A DNA stretch of 64,000 nt. It comes from Squalus acanthias (lineage: Eukaryota). The DNA is taken from contig CM059438.1 of NCBI GenBank assembly GCA_030390025.1, forward strand, positions 61,072,001-61,136,000. Reading direction: 5' to 3'. Below are positions 12,401-24,400 of the stretch, piece after piece. Every line of letters begins with the position of its first letter. Position 1 is the stretch's first letter. A program made the translations under genes and the position numbers. The notes beneath the pieces are model-generated. The model was not told the DNA's origin. It searched no databases and worked only from the letters and a program-made list of their open reading frames with translations.

Positions 12401-15400
12401 GTGTCTAACGGGTGGAGTGTCTAACGGGCGGAATGTCTAACGGGCGGTGTGTCTAACGGGTGGAGTGTCTAACGGGCGGAGTGTCTAACGGGCGGAATGT
12501 CTAACGGGCGGAGTGTCTAACGGGTGGAGTGTCTAACGGGTGGATTGTCTAACGGGCGGAGTGTCTAACGGGCGGAGTGTCTAACGGGTGGAGTGTCTAA
12601 TGGGTGGAGTGTCTAACGGGTGGAGTGTCTAACGGGCGGAGTGTCTAACGGGTGAAATGTCTAACGGGCGGAGTGTCTAATGGGCGGAGTGTCTAACGGG
12701 TGGAGTGTCTAACGGGCGGAGTGTCTAACGGGCGGAATGTCTAACGGGTGGAGTGTCTAACGGGCGGAGTGTCTAACAGGCGGAGTGTCTAACGGGCGGA
12801 ATGTCTAACGGGTGGAGTGTCTAACGGGTGGAGTGTCTAACGGGTGGAGTGTCTAACGGGTGGAGTGTCTAACGGGTGGAGTGTCTAACGGGTGGAGTGT
12901 CTAACGGGCGGAGTGTCTAACGGGTGGAGTGTCTAACGGGTGGAGTGTCTAACGGGTGGAGTGTCTAACAGGTGGAGTGTCTAACGGGCGGATTGTCTAA
13001 CGGGTGGAGTGTCTAACGGGTGGAATGTCTAACGGGTGGAGTGTCTAACGGGTGGAGTGTCTAACGGGTGGATTGTCTAACGGGTGGATTGTCTAACGGG
13101 TGGAGTGTCTAACGGGTGGAATGTCTAACGGGTGGAGTGTCTAACGGGTGGAGTGTCTAATGGGCGGAGTGTCTAACGGGTGTAGTGTCTAACGGGTGTA
13201 GTGTCTCACGGGTGGAGTGTCTAACGGGCGGAGTGTCTAACGGGCGGAGTGTCTAACGGGCGGAGTGTCTAACGGGCGGAATGTCTAACGGGTGGAGTGT
13301 CTAATGGGTGGATTGTCTCATGGGGGGAGTGTCTAACGGGCGGAGTGTCTCACGGGTGGAGTGTCTAACGGGCGGAGTGTCTAACGGGTGTAGTGTCTAA
13401 TGGGTGGAGTGTCTAACGGGTGTAGTGTCTCATGGGGGGAGTGTCTAACGGGCGGAGTGTCTAACGGGTGGAGTGTCTAACGGGTGGAGTGTCTAACGGG
13501 CGGAGTGTCTAACGGGTGGAGTGTCTAATGGGTGGAGTGTCTAACGGGCGGAGTGTCTAACGGGTGGAGTGTCTAACGGGTGGAGTGTCTAATGGGTGGA
13601 GTGTCTAACGGGCGGAGTGTCTAACGGGTGGAGTGTCTAACGGGCGGAATGTCTAACGGGCGGAGTGTCTAACGGGCGGAATGTCTAACGGGTGGATTGT
13701 CTAACGGGTGGATTGTCTAACGGGTGGAGTGTCTAACGGGTGGAATGTCTAACGGGTGGAGTGTCTAACGGGTGGAGTGTCTAACGGGCGGAGTGTCTAA
13801 CGGGTGTAGTGTCTAACGGGTGTAGTGTCTCACGGGCGGAGTGTCTAACGGGCGGAGTGTCTAACGGGCGGAGTGTCTAACGGGCGGAATGTCTAACGGG
13901 TGGAGTGTCTAATGGGTGGATTGTCTCATGGGGGGAGTGTCTAACGGACGGAGTGTCTAACGGGTGGAGTGTCTAACGGGCGGAGTGTCTAACGGGTGTA
14001 GTGTCTAATGGGTGGAGTGTCTAACGGGTGTAGTGTCTCATGGGGGGAGTGTCTAACGGGCGGAGTGTCTAACGGGTGGAGTGTCTAACGGGTGGAGTGT
14101 CTAACGGGCGGAGTGTCTAACGGGTGGAGTGTCTAATGGGTGGAGTGTCTAACGGGCGGAGTGTCTAACGGGTGGAGTGTCTAACGGGTGGAGTGTCTAA
14201 TGGGTGGAGTGTCTAACGGGCGGAGTGCCTAACGGGTGGAGTGTCTAACGGGCGGAATGTCTAACGGGCGGAGTGTCTAACGGGCGGAATGTCTAACGGG
14301 CGGAGTGTCTAACGGGTGGAGTGTCTAACGGGCGGAGTGTCTAACGGGCGGAATATCTAACGGGCGGAATGTCTAACGGGCGGAGTGTCTAACGGGTGGA
14401 GTGTCTAACGGGCGGAGTGTCTAACGGGCGGAATGTCTAATGGGCGGAATGTCTAACGGGCGGAGTGTCTAACGGGTGGAGTGTCTAACGGGTGGATTGT
14501 CTAACGGGCGGAGTGTCTAACGGGCGGAGTGTCTAACGGGTGGAGTGTCTAACGGGCGGAGTGTCTAACGGGTGAAATGTCTAACGGGCGGAGTGTCTAA
14601 TGGGCGGAGTGTCTAACGGGTGGAGTGTCTAACGGGCGGAGTGTCTAACGGGCGGAATGTCTAACGGGTGGAGTGTCTAACGGGTGGAGTGTCTAACGGG
14701 TGGAGAGTCTAACAGGCAGAGTGTCTAACGGGTTGAGTGTCTAACGGGCGGAGTGTCTAACGGGTGGAGTGTCTAACGGGTGGAGTGTCTAACGGGTGAA
14801 ATGTCTAACGGGCGGAGTGTCTAACGGGTGGAGTGTCTAACGGGTGGAGTGTCTAACGGGTGGAGTGTCTAACGGGTGGAGTGTCTAACGGGTGGATTGT
14901 CTAATGGGTGGAGTGTCTAACGGGTGTAGTGTCTAACGGGTGGTGTGTCTAATGGGTGGAGTGTCTAATGGGCGGAGTGTCTAACGGGTGGATTGTCTAA
15001 CGGGTGGATTGTCTAATGGGTGGAGTGTCTAACGGGTGGAGTGTCTAACGGGGGGATTGTCTAACGGGTGGATTGTCTAACGGGTGGAGTGTCTAACGGG
15101 TGGATTGTCTAACGGGTGTAGTGTCTAACGGGTGGAGTGTCTAACGGGTGGAGTGTCTAACGGGTGGAATGTCTAACGGGTGGAATGTCTAACGGGTGGT
15201 GTGTCTAACGGGTGGATTGTCTAACGGGTGGATTGTCTAACAGGCGGAGTGTCTAACGGGTGGAGTGTCTAACGGGTGGATTGTCTAACGGGTGGAGTGT
15301 CTAACGGGTGGAATGTCTAACGGGTGGAGTGTCTAACGGGTGGAATGTCTAACGGGTGGAGTGTCTAACGGGTGGAATGTCTAACGGGTGGAATGTCTAA

Positions 15401-18400
15401 CGGGTGGAATGTCTAACGGGTGGAATGTCTAACGGGTGGAGTGTCTAACGGGTGGAGTGTCTAACGGGTGGATTGTCTAACAGGCGGAGTGTCTAACGGG
15501 TGGATTGTCTAACGGGTGTAGTGTCTAACGGGTGGATTGTCTCACAGGTGGAGTGTCTAACGGGTGGAGTGTCTAACGGGCGGTGTGTCTAACGGGCGGA
15601 GTGTCTAACGGGCGGAGTGTCTAACGGGCGGAATGTCTAACGGGCGGAATGTCTAACGGGCGGAGTGTCTAACGGGTGGAGTGTCTAACGGGTGGATTGT
15701 CTAACGGGCGGAGTGTCTAACGGGCGGAGTGTCTAACGGGTGGAGTGTCTAATGGGTGGAGTGTCTAACGGGTGGAGTGTCTAACGGGCGGAGTGTCTAA
15801 CGGGTGAAATGTCTAACGGGCGGAGTGTCTAATGGGCGGAGTGTCTAACGGGTGGAGTGTCTAACGGGCGGAGTGTCTAACGGGCGGAATGTCTAACGGG
15901 TGGAGTGTCTAACGGGCGGAGTGTCTAACGGGTGGAGTGTCTAACGGGTGGAGTGTCTAACGGGTGGAGAGTCTAACAGGCGGAGTGTCTAACGGGTGGA
16001 GTGTCTAACGGGCGGAGTGTCTAACGGGCGGAGTGTCTAACGGGTGGAGTGTCTAACGGGTGAAATGTCTAACGGGCGGAGTGTCTAACGGGTGGAGTGT
16101 CTAACGGGCGGAGTGTCTAACGGGTGGAGTGTCTAACGGGTGAAATGTCTAACGGGCGGAGTGTCTAACGGGTGGAGTGTCTAACGGGTGGAGTGTCTAA
16201 CGGGTGAAATGTCTAACGGGTGTAGTGTCTAACGGGTGTAGTGTCTAACGGGCGGAGTGTCTAACGGGTGGAGTGTCTAACGGGTGGAGTGTCTAACGGG
16301 TGGAGTGTCTAACGGGTGGAGTGTCTAACGGGTGGAGTGTCTAACAGGCGGAGTGTCTAACGGGCGGAATGTCTAACGGGTGGAGTGTCTAACGGGTGGA
16401 GTGTCTAACGGGTGGAGTGTCTAACGGGTGGAGTGTCTAACGGGTGGAGTGTCTAACGGGCGGAATGTCTAACGGGTGGAGTGTCTAACGGGTGGAGTGT
16501 CTAACAGGCGGAGTGTCTAACAGGCGGAGTGTCTAACGGGCGGAGTGTCTAACGGGCGGAGTGTCTAACGGGCGGAGTGTCTAACGGGCGGAGTGTCTAA
16601 CGGGCGGAGTGTCTAACGGGTGGAGTGTCTAACGGGTGGAGTGTCTAACGGGCGGAGTGTCTAACGGGCGGAGTGTCTAACGGGTGGAGTGTCTAACGGG
16701 TGGAGTGTCTAACGGGTGGAGTGTCTAACGGGCGGAGTGTCTAACAGGCGGAGTGTCTAATGGTTGGAGTGTCTAACGGGCGGAGTGTCTAACGGGCGGA
16801 GTGTCTAACGGGTGGAGTGTCTAACGGGTGGAGTGTCTAACGGGCGGAGTGTCTAACAGGCGGAGTGTCTAATGGGTGGAGTGTCTAACGGGTGGAGTGT
16901 CTAACGGGTGGAGTGTCTAACGGGTGGAGTGTCTAACAGGTGGAGTGTCTAACGGGCGGATTGTCTAACAGGCGGAGTGTCTAACGGGTGGAGTGTCTAA
17001 CGGGTGGAGTGTCTAACGGGTGGATTGTCTAACGGGTGGATTGTCTAACGGGTGGAGTGTCTAACGGGTGGATTGTCTAACGGGTGGAGTGTCTAACGGG
17101 TGGAGTGTCTAACGGGTGGATTGTCTAACGGGTGGATTGTCTAACGGGTGGAGTGTCTAACGGGTGGAATGTCTAACGGGTGGAGTGTCTAACGGGTGGA
17201 GTGTCTAACGGGCGGAGTGTCTAACGGGTGTAGTGTCTAACGGGTGTAGTGTCTCACGGGTGGAGTGTCTAACGGGCGGAGTGTCTAACGGGCGGAGTGT
17301 CTAACGGGCGGAGTGTCTAACGGGCGGAATGTCTAACGGGTGGAGTGTCTAATGGGTGGATTGTCTCATGGGGGGAGTGTCTAACGGGCGGAGTGTCTCA
17401 CGGGCGGAGTGTCTAACGGGCGGAGTGTCTAACGGGTGTAGTGTCTAATGGGTGGAGTGTCTAACGGGTGTAGTGTCTCATGGGGGGAGTGTCTAACGGG
17501 CGGAGTGTCTAACGGGTGGAGTGTCTGACGGGTGGAGTGTCTAACGGGCGGAGTGTCTAACGGGTGGAGTGTCTAATGGGTGGAGTGTCTAACGGGCGGA
17601 GTGTCTAACGGGTGGAGTGTCTAACGGGTGGAGTGTCTAATGGGTGGAGTGTCTAACGGGCGGAGTGTCTAACGGGTGGAGTGTCTAACGGGCGGAATGT
17701 CTAACGGGCGGAGTGTCTAACGGGCGGAATGTCTAACGGGCGGAGTGTCTAACGGGTGGAGTGTCTAACGGGCGGAGTGTCTAACGGGCGGAATATCTAA
17801 CGGGCGGAATGTCTAACGGGCGGAGTGTCTAACGGGTGGAGTGTCTAACGGGCGGAGTGTCTAACGGGCGGAATGTCTAACGGGCGGAATGTCTAACGGG
17901 CGGAGTGTCTAACGGGTGGAGTGTCTAACGGGCGGATTGTCTAACGGGCGGAGTGTCTAACGGGCGGAGTGTCTAACGGGTGGAGTGTCTAACGGGCGGA
18001 GTGTCTAACGGGTGAAATGTCTAACGGGCGGAGTGTCTAATGGGCGGAGTGTCTAACGGGTGGAGTGTCTAACGGGCGGAGTGTCTAACGGGCGGAATGT
18101 CTAACGGGTGGAGTGTCTAACGGGCGGAGTGTCTAACGGGTGGAGTGTCTAACGGGTGGAGTGTCTAACGGGTGGAGTGTCTAACGGGTGGAGTGTCTAA
18201 CGGGTGGAGAGTCTAACAGGCGGAGTGTCTAACGGGTGGAGTGTCTAACGGGCGGAGTGTCTAACGGGTGGAGTGTCTAACGGGTGGAGTGTCTAACGGG
18301 TGAAATGTCTAACGGGCGGAGTGTCTAACGGGTGGAGTGTCTAACGGGTGGAGTGTCTAACGGGCGGAGTGTCTAACGGGTGGAGTGTCTAACGGGTGAA

Positions 18401-21400
18401 TGTCTAACGGGCGGAGTGTCTAACGGGTGGAGTGTCTAACGGGTGGAGTGTCTAACGGGTGAATGTCTAACGGGCGGAGTGTCTAACGGGTGGAGTGTCT
18501 AATGGGTGGATTGTCTAACGGGTGGAGTGTCTAACGGGTGAAATGTCTAACGGGCGGAGTGTCTAACGGGTGGAGTGTCTAACGGGTGGAGTGTCTAACG
18601 GGTGGAGTGTCTAATGGGTGGATTGTCTAACGGGCGGAGTGTCTAACGGGTGAAATGTCTAACGGGCGGAGTGTCTAACGGGTGGAGTGTCTAATGGGTG
18701 GATTGTCTAACGGGTGGAGTGTCTAATGGGTGGATTGTCTAACGGGTGGAGTGTCTAACGGGTGAATGTCTAACGGGCGGAGTGTCTAACGGGTGGAGTG
18801 TCTAACGGGTGGAGTGTCTAACGGGCGGAATGTCTAACGGGCGGAGTGTCTAACGGTGGAGTGTCTAATGGGTGGAGTGTCTAACGGGTGCAGTGTCTAA
18901 CGGGCGGAGTGTCTAACGGGCGGAGTGTCTAACGGGTGGAGTGTCTAACGGGTGGAGTGTCTAACGGGTGAAATGTCTAACGGGTGGAGTGTCTAACGGG
19001 TGAAATGTCTAACGGGTGGAGTGTGTAACGGGTGGAGTATCTACTGGTGGAATGTCTAACGGTTGGAGTGTCTAACGGGTGGAGTGTCTAACGGGTGGAG
19101 TGTAGAATGGGTGGAGTGTGTAATGGGTGGAGTGTAGAATGGGTGGAGTGTCTAGCGGGTGGAGTGTAGAATGGGTGGAGTGTGTAATGGGCGGAGTGTA
19201 GAATGGGTGGAGTGTGTAACGGGTGGAGTGTAGAATGGGTGGAGTGTGTAACGGGTGGAGTGTAGAATGGGTGGAGTGTGTAACGGGTGGAGTGTAGAAT
19301 GGGTGGAGTGTAGAATGGGTGGAGTGTGTAACGGATGGAGTGTAGAATGGGTGGAGTGTGTAACGGGTGGAGTGTCTAACGGGTGGAGTGTCTAACGGGT
19401 GGAGTGTAGAATGGGTGGAGTGTGTAACGGGTGGAGTGTAGAATGGGTGGAGTGTCTAACGGGTGGAGTGTCTAACGGGTGGAGTGTAGAATGGGTGGAG
19501 TGTGTAACGGGCGGAGTGTAGAATGGGCGGAGTGTCTAACGGGTGTAGTGTCTAACGGGTGTAGTGTCTCACGGGCGGAGTGTCTAACGGGCGGAGTGTC
19601 TAACGGGCGGAGTGTCTAACGGGTGGAGTGTCTAATGGGTGGATTGTCTCATGGGGGGAGTGTCTAACGGGCGGAGTGTCTAACGGGTGGAGTGTCTAAC
19701 GGGCGGAGTGTCTAACGGGTGTAGTGTCTAATGGGTGGAGTGTCTAACGGGTGTAGTGTCTCATGGGGGGAGTGTCTAACGGGTGGAGTGTCTAACGGGT
19801 GGAGTGTCTAACGGGCGGAGTGTCTAACGGGTGGAGTGTCTAATGGGTGGAGTGTCTAACGGGCGGAGTGTCTAACGGGTGGAGTGTCTAACGGGTGGAG
19901 TGTCTAATGGGTGGAGTGTCTAACGGGCGGAGTGCCTAACGGGTGGAGTGTCTAACGGGCGGAATGTCTAACGGGTGGAGTGTCTAACGGGCGGAGTGTC
20001 TAACGGGCGGAATGTCTAACGGGCGGAATGTCTAACGGGCGGAGTGTCTAACGGGCGGAGTGTCTAACGGGTGGAGTGTCTAATGGGTGGAGTGTCTAAC
20101 GGGCGGAGTGTCTAACGGGTGGAGTGTCTAACGGGTGGAGTGTCTAACGGGTGGAGTGTCTAACGGGCGGAGTGTCTAACGGGTGGAGTGTCTAACGGGC
20201 GGAGTGTCTAACGGGCGGAGTGTCTAACGGGCGGAATGTCTAACGGGCGGAGTGTCTAACGGGTGGAGTGTCTAACGGGCGGAGTGTCTAACGGGCGGAA
20301 TATCTAACGGGCGGAATGTCTAACGGGCGGAGTGTCTAACGGGTGGAGTGTCTAACGGGCGGAGTGTCTAACGGGCGGAATGTCTAACGGGCGGAGTGTC
20401 TAACGGGTGGAGTGTCTAACGGGTGGATTGTCTAACGGGCGGAGTGTCTAACGGGCGGAGTGTCTAACGGGCGGAGTGTCTAACGGGCGGAGTGTCTAAC
20501 GGGCGGAGTGTCTAATGGGCGGAGTGTCTAACGGGTGGAGTGTCTAACGGGCGGAGTGTCTAACGGGCGGAGTGTCTAACGGGTGGAGTGTCTAACGGGC
20601 GGAGTGTCTAACGGGTGGAGTGTCTAACGGGTGGAGTGTCTAACGGGTGGAGTGTCTAACGGGTGGAGAGTCTAACAGGCGGAGTGTCTAACGGGTGGAG
20701 TGTCTAACGGGCGGAGTGTCTAACGGGTGGAGTGTCTAACGGGTGGAGTGTCTAACAGGTGAAATGTCTAACGGGCGGAGTGTCTAACGGGTGGAGTGTC
20801 TAACGGGTGGAGTGTCTAACGGGCGGAGTGTCTAACGGGTGGAGTGTCTAACGGGTGAAATGTCTAACGGGCGGAGTGTCTAACGGGTGGAGTGTCTAAC
20901 GGGTGGAGTGTCTAACGGGCGGAGTGTCTAACGGGTGGAGTGTCTAATGGGTGGATTGTCTAACGGGTGGAGTGTCTAACGGGTGAAATGTCTAACGGGC
21001 GGAGTGTCTAACGGGTGGAGTGTCTAACGGGTGGAGTGTCTAACGGGTGGAGTGTCTAATGGGTGGATTGTCTAACGGGCGGAGTGTCTAACGGGTGAAA
21101 TGTCTAACGGGCGGAGTGTCTAACGGGTGGCGTGTCTAATGGGTGGATTGTCTAACGGGTGGAGTGTCTAATGGGTGGATTGTCTAACGGGTGGAGTGTC
21201 TAACGGGTGAAATGTCTAACGGGCGGAGTGTCTAACGGGTGGAGTGTCTAACGGGTGGAGTGTCTAACGGGCGGAATGTCTAACGGGCGGAGTGTCTAAC
21301 GGGTGGAGTGTCTAATGGGTGGAGTGTCTAACGGGTGCAGTGTCTAACGGGCGGAGTGTCTAACGGGCGGAGTGTCTAACGGGTGGAGTGTCTAACGGGT

Positions 21401-24400
21401 GGAGTGTCTAACGGCTGAAATGTCTAACGGGTGGAGTGTCTAACGGGTGAAATGTCTAACGGGTGGAGTGTGTAACGGGTGGAGTATCTACTGGGTGGAA
21501 TGTCTAACGGTTGGAGTGTCTAACGGGTGGAGTGTCTAACGGGTGGAGTGTAGAATGGGTGGAGTGTGTAATGGGTGGAGTGTAGAATGGGTGGAGTGTC
21601 TAGCGGGTGGAGTGTAGAATGGGTGGAGTGTGTAATGGGCGGAGTGTAGAATGGGTGGAGTGTGTAACGGGTGGAGTGTAGAATGGGTGGAGTGTGTAAC
21701 GGGTGGAGTGTAGAATGGGTGGAGTGTGTAACGGGTGGAGTGTAGAATGGGTGGAGTGTAGAATGGGTGGAGTGTGTAACGGATGGAGTGTAGAATGGGT
21801 GGAGTGTGTAACGGGTGGAGTGTCTAACGGGTGGAGTGTCTAACGGGTGGAGTGTAGAATGGGTGGAGTGTGTAACGGGTGGAGTGTAGAATGGGTGGAG
21901 TGTCTAACGGGTGGAGTGTCTAACGGGTGGAGTGTAGAATGGGTGGAGTGTGTAACGGGCGGAGTGTAGAATGGGCGGAGTGTCTAACGGGTGTAGTGTC
22001 TAACGGGTGTAGTGTCTCACGGGCGGAGTGTCTAACGGGCGGAGTGTCTAACGGGCGGAGTGTCTAACGGGTGGAGTGTCTAATGGGTGGATTGTCTCAT
22101 GGGGGGAGTGTCTAACGGGCGGAGTGTCTAACGGGTGGAGTGTCTAACGGGCGGAGTGTCTAACGGGTGTAGTGTCTAATGGGTGGAGTGTCTAACGGGT
22201 GTAGTGTCTCATGGGGGGAGTGTCTAACGGGTGGAGTGTCTAACGGGTGGAGTGTCTAACGGGCGGAGTGTCTAACGGGTGGAGTGTCTAATGGGTGGAG
22301 TGTCTAACGGGCGGAGTGTCTAACGGGTGGAGTGTCTAACGGGTGGAGTGTCTAATGGGTGGAGTGTCTAACGGGCGGAGTGCCTAACGGGTGGAGTGTC
22401 TAACGGGCGGAATGTCTAACGGGCGGAGTGTCTAACGGGCGGAATGTCTAACGGGCGGAGTGTCTAACGGGTGGAGTGTCTAACGGGTGGAGTGTCTAAC
22501 GGGTGGATTGTCTAACGGGTGGATTGTCTAACGGGTGGAGTGTCTAACGGGTGGAATGTCTAACGGGTGGAGTGTCTAACGGGTGGAGTGTCTAACGGGT
22601 GGATTGTCTAACGGGTGGATTGTCTAACGGGTGGAGTGTCTAACGGGTGGAATGTCTAACGGGTGGAGTGTCTAACGGGTGGAGTGTCTAATGGGCGGAG
22701 TGTCTAACGGGTGTAGTGTCTAACGGGTGTAGTGTCTCACGGGCGGAGTGTCTAACGGGCGGAGTGTCTAACGGGTGGAGTGTCTAATGGGTGGATTGTC
22801 TCATGGGGGGAGTGTCTAACGGGCGGAGTGTCTAACGGGTGGAGTGTCTAACGGGCGGAGTGTCTAACGGGTGTAGTGTCTAATGGGTGGAGTGTCTAAC
22901 GGGTGTAGTGTCTCATGGGGGGAGTGTCTAACGGGCGGAGTGTCTAACGGGTGGAGTGTCTAACGGGTGGAGTGTCTAACGGGCGGAGTGTCTAACGGGT
23001 GGAGTGTCTAATGGGTGGAGTGTCTAACGGGCGGAGTGTCTAACGGGTGGAGTGTCTAACGGGTGGAGTGTCTAATGGGTGGAGTGTCTAACGGGCGGAG
23101 TGCCTAACGGGTGGAGTGTCTAACGGGCGGAATGTCTAACGGGCGGAGTGTCTAACGGGCGGAATGTCTAACGGGCGGAGTGTCTAACGGGTGGAGTGTC
23201 TAACGGGCGGAGTGTCTAACGGGCGGAATATCTAACGGGCGGAATGTCTAACGGGCGGAGTGTCTAACGGGTGGAGTGTCTAACGGGTGGATTGTCTAAC
23301 GGGTGGATTGTCTAACAGGCGGAGTGTCTAACGGGTGGAGTGTCTAACGGGTGGATTGTCTAACGGGTGGAGTGTCTAACGGGTGGAATGTCTAACGGGT
23401 GGAGTGTCTAACGGGTGGAATGTCTAACGGGTGGAGTGTCTAACGGGTGGAATGTCTAACGGGTGGAATGTCTAACGGGTGGAATGTCTAACGGGTGGAA
23501 TGTCTAACGGGTGGAGTGTCTAACGGGTGGAGTGTCTAACGGGTGGATTGTCTAACAGGCGGAGTGTCTAACGGGTGGATTGTCTAACGGGTGTAGTGTC
23601 TAACGGGTGGATTGTCTCACAGGTGGAGTGTCTAACGGGTGGAGTGTCTAACGGGCGGAATGTCTAACGGGCGGTGTGTCTAACGGGTGGAGTGTCTAAC
23701 GGGCGGAGTGTCTAACGGGCGGAATGTCTAACGGGCGGAATGTCTAACGGGCGGAGTGTCTAACGGGTGGAATGTCTAACGGGCGGAGTGTCTAACGGGT
23801 GGAGTGTCTAATGGGTGGAGTGTCTAACGGGCGGAGTGTCTAATGGGTGGAGTGTCTAACGGGTGGAGTGTCTAACGGGCGGAGTTTCTAACGGGTGAAA
23901 TGTCTAACGGGCGGAGTGTCTAATGGGCGGAGTGTCTAACGGGTGGAGTGTCTAACGGGCGGAGTGTCTAACGGGCGGAATGTCTAACGGGTGGAGTGTC
24001 TAACGGGCGGAGTGTCTAACGGGTGGAGTGTCTAACGGGTGGAGTGTCTAACGGGTGGAGTGTCTAACGGGTGGAGAGTCTAACAGGCGGAGTGTCTAAC
24101 GGGTGGAGTGTCTAACGGGCGGAGTGTCTAACGGGTGGAGTGTCTAACGGGTGGAGTGTCTAACGGGTGGAGTGTCTAACGGGTGAAATGTCTAACGGGC
24201 GGAGTGTCTAACGGGTGGAGTGTCTAACGGGTGGAGTGTCTAACGGGCGGAGTGTCTAACGGGTGGAGTGTCTAACGGGTGAAATGTCTAACGGGCGGAG
24301 TGTCTAACGGGTGGAGTGTCTAACGGGTGGAGTGTCTAACGGGTGAAATGTCTAACGGGCGGAGTGTCTAACGGGTGGAGTGTCTAATGGGTGGATTGTC

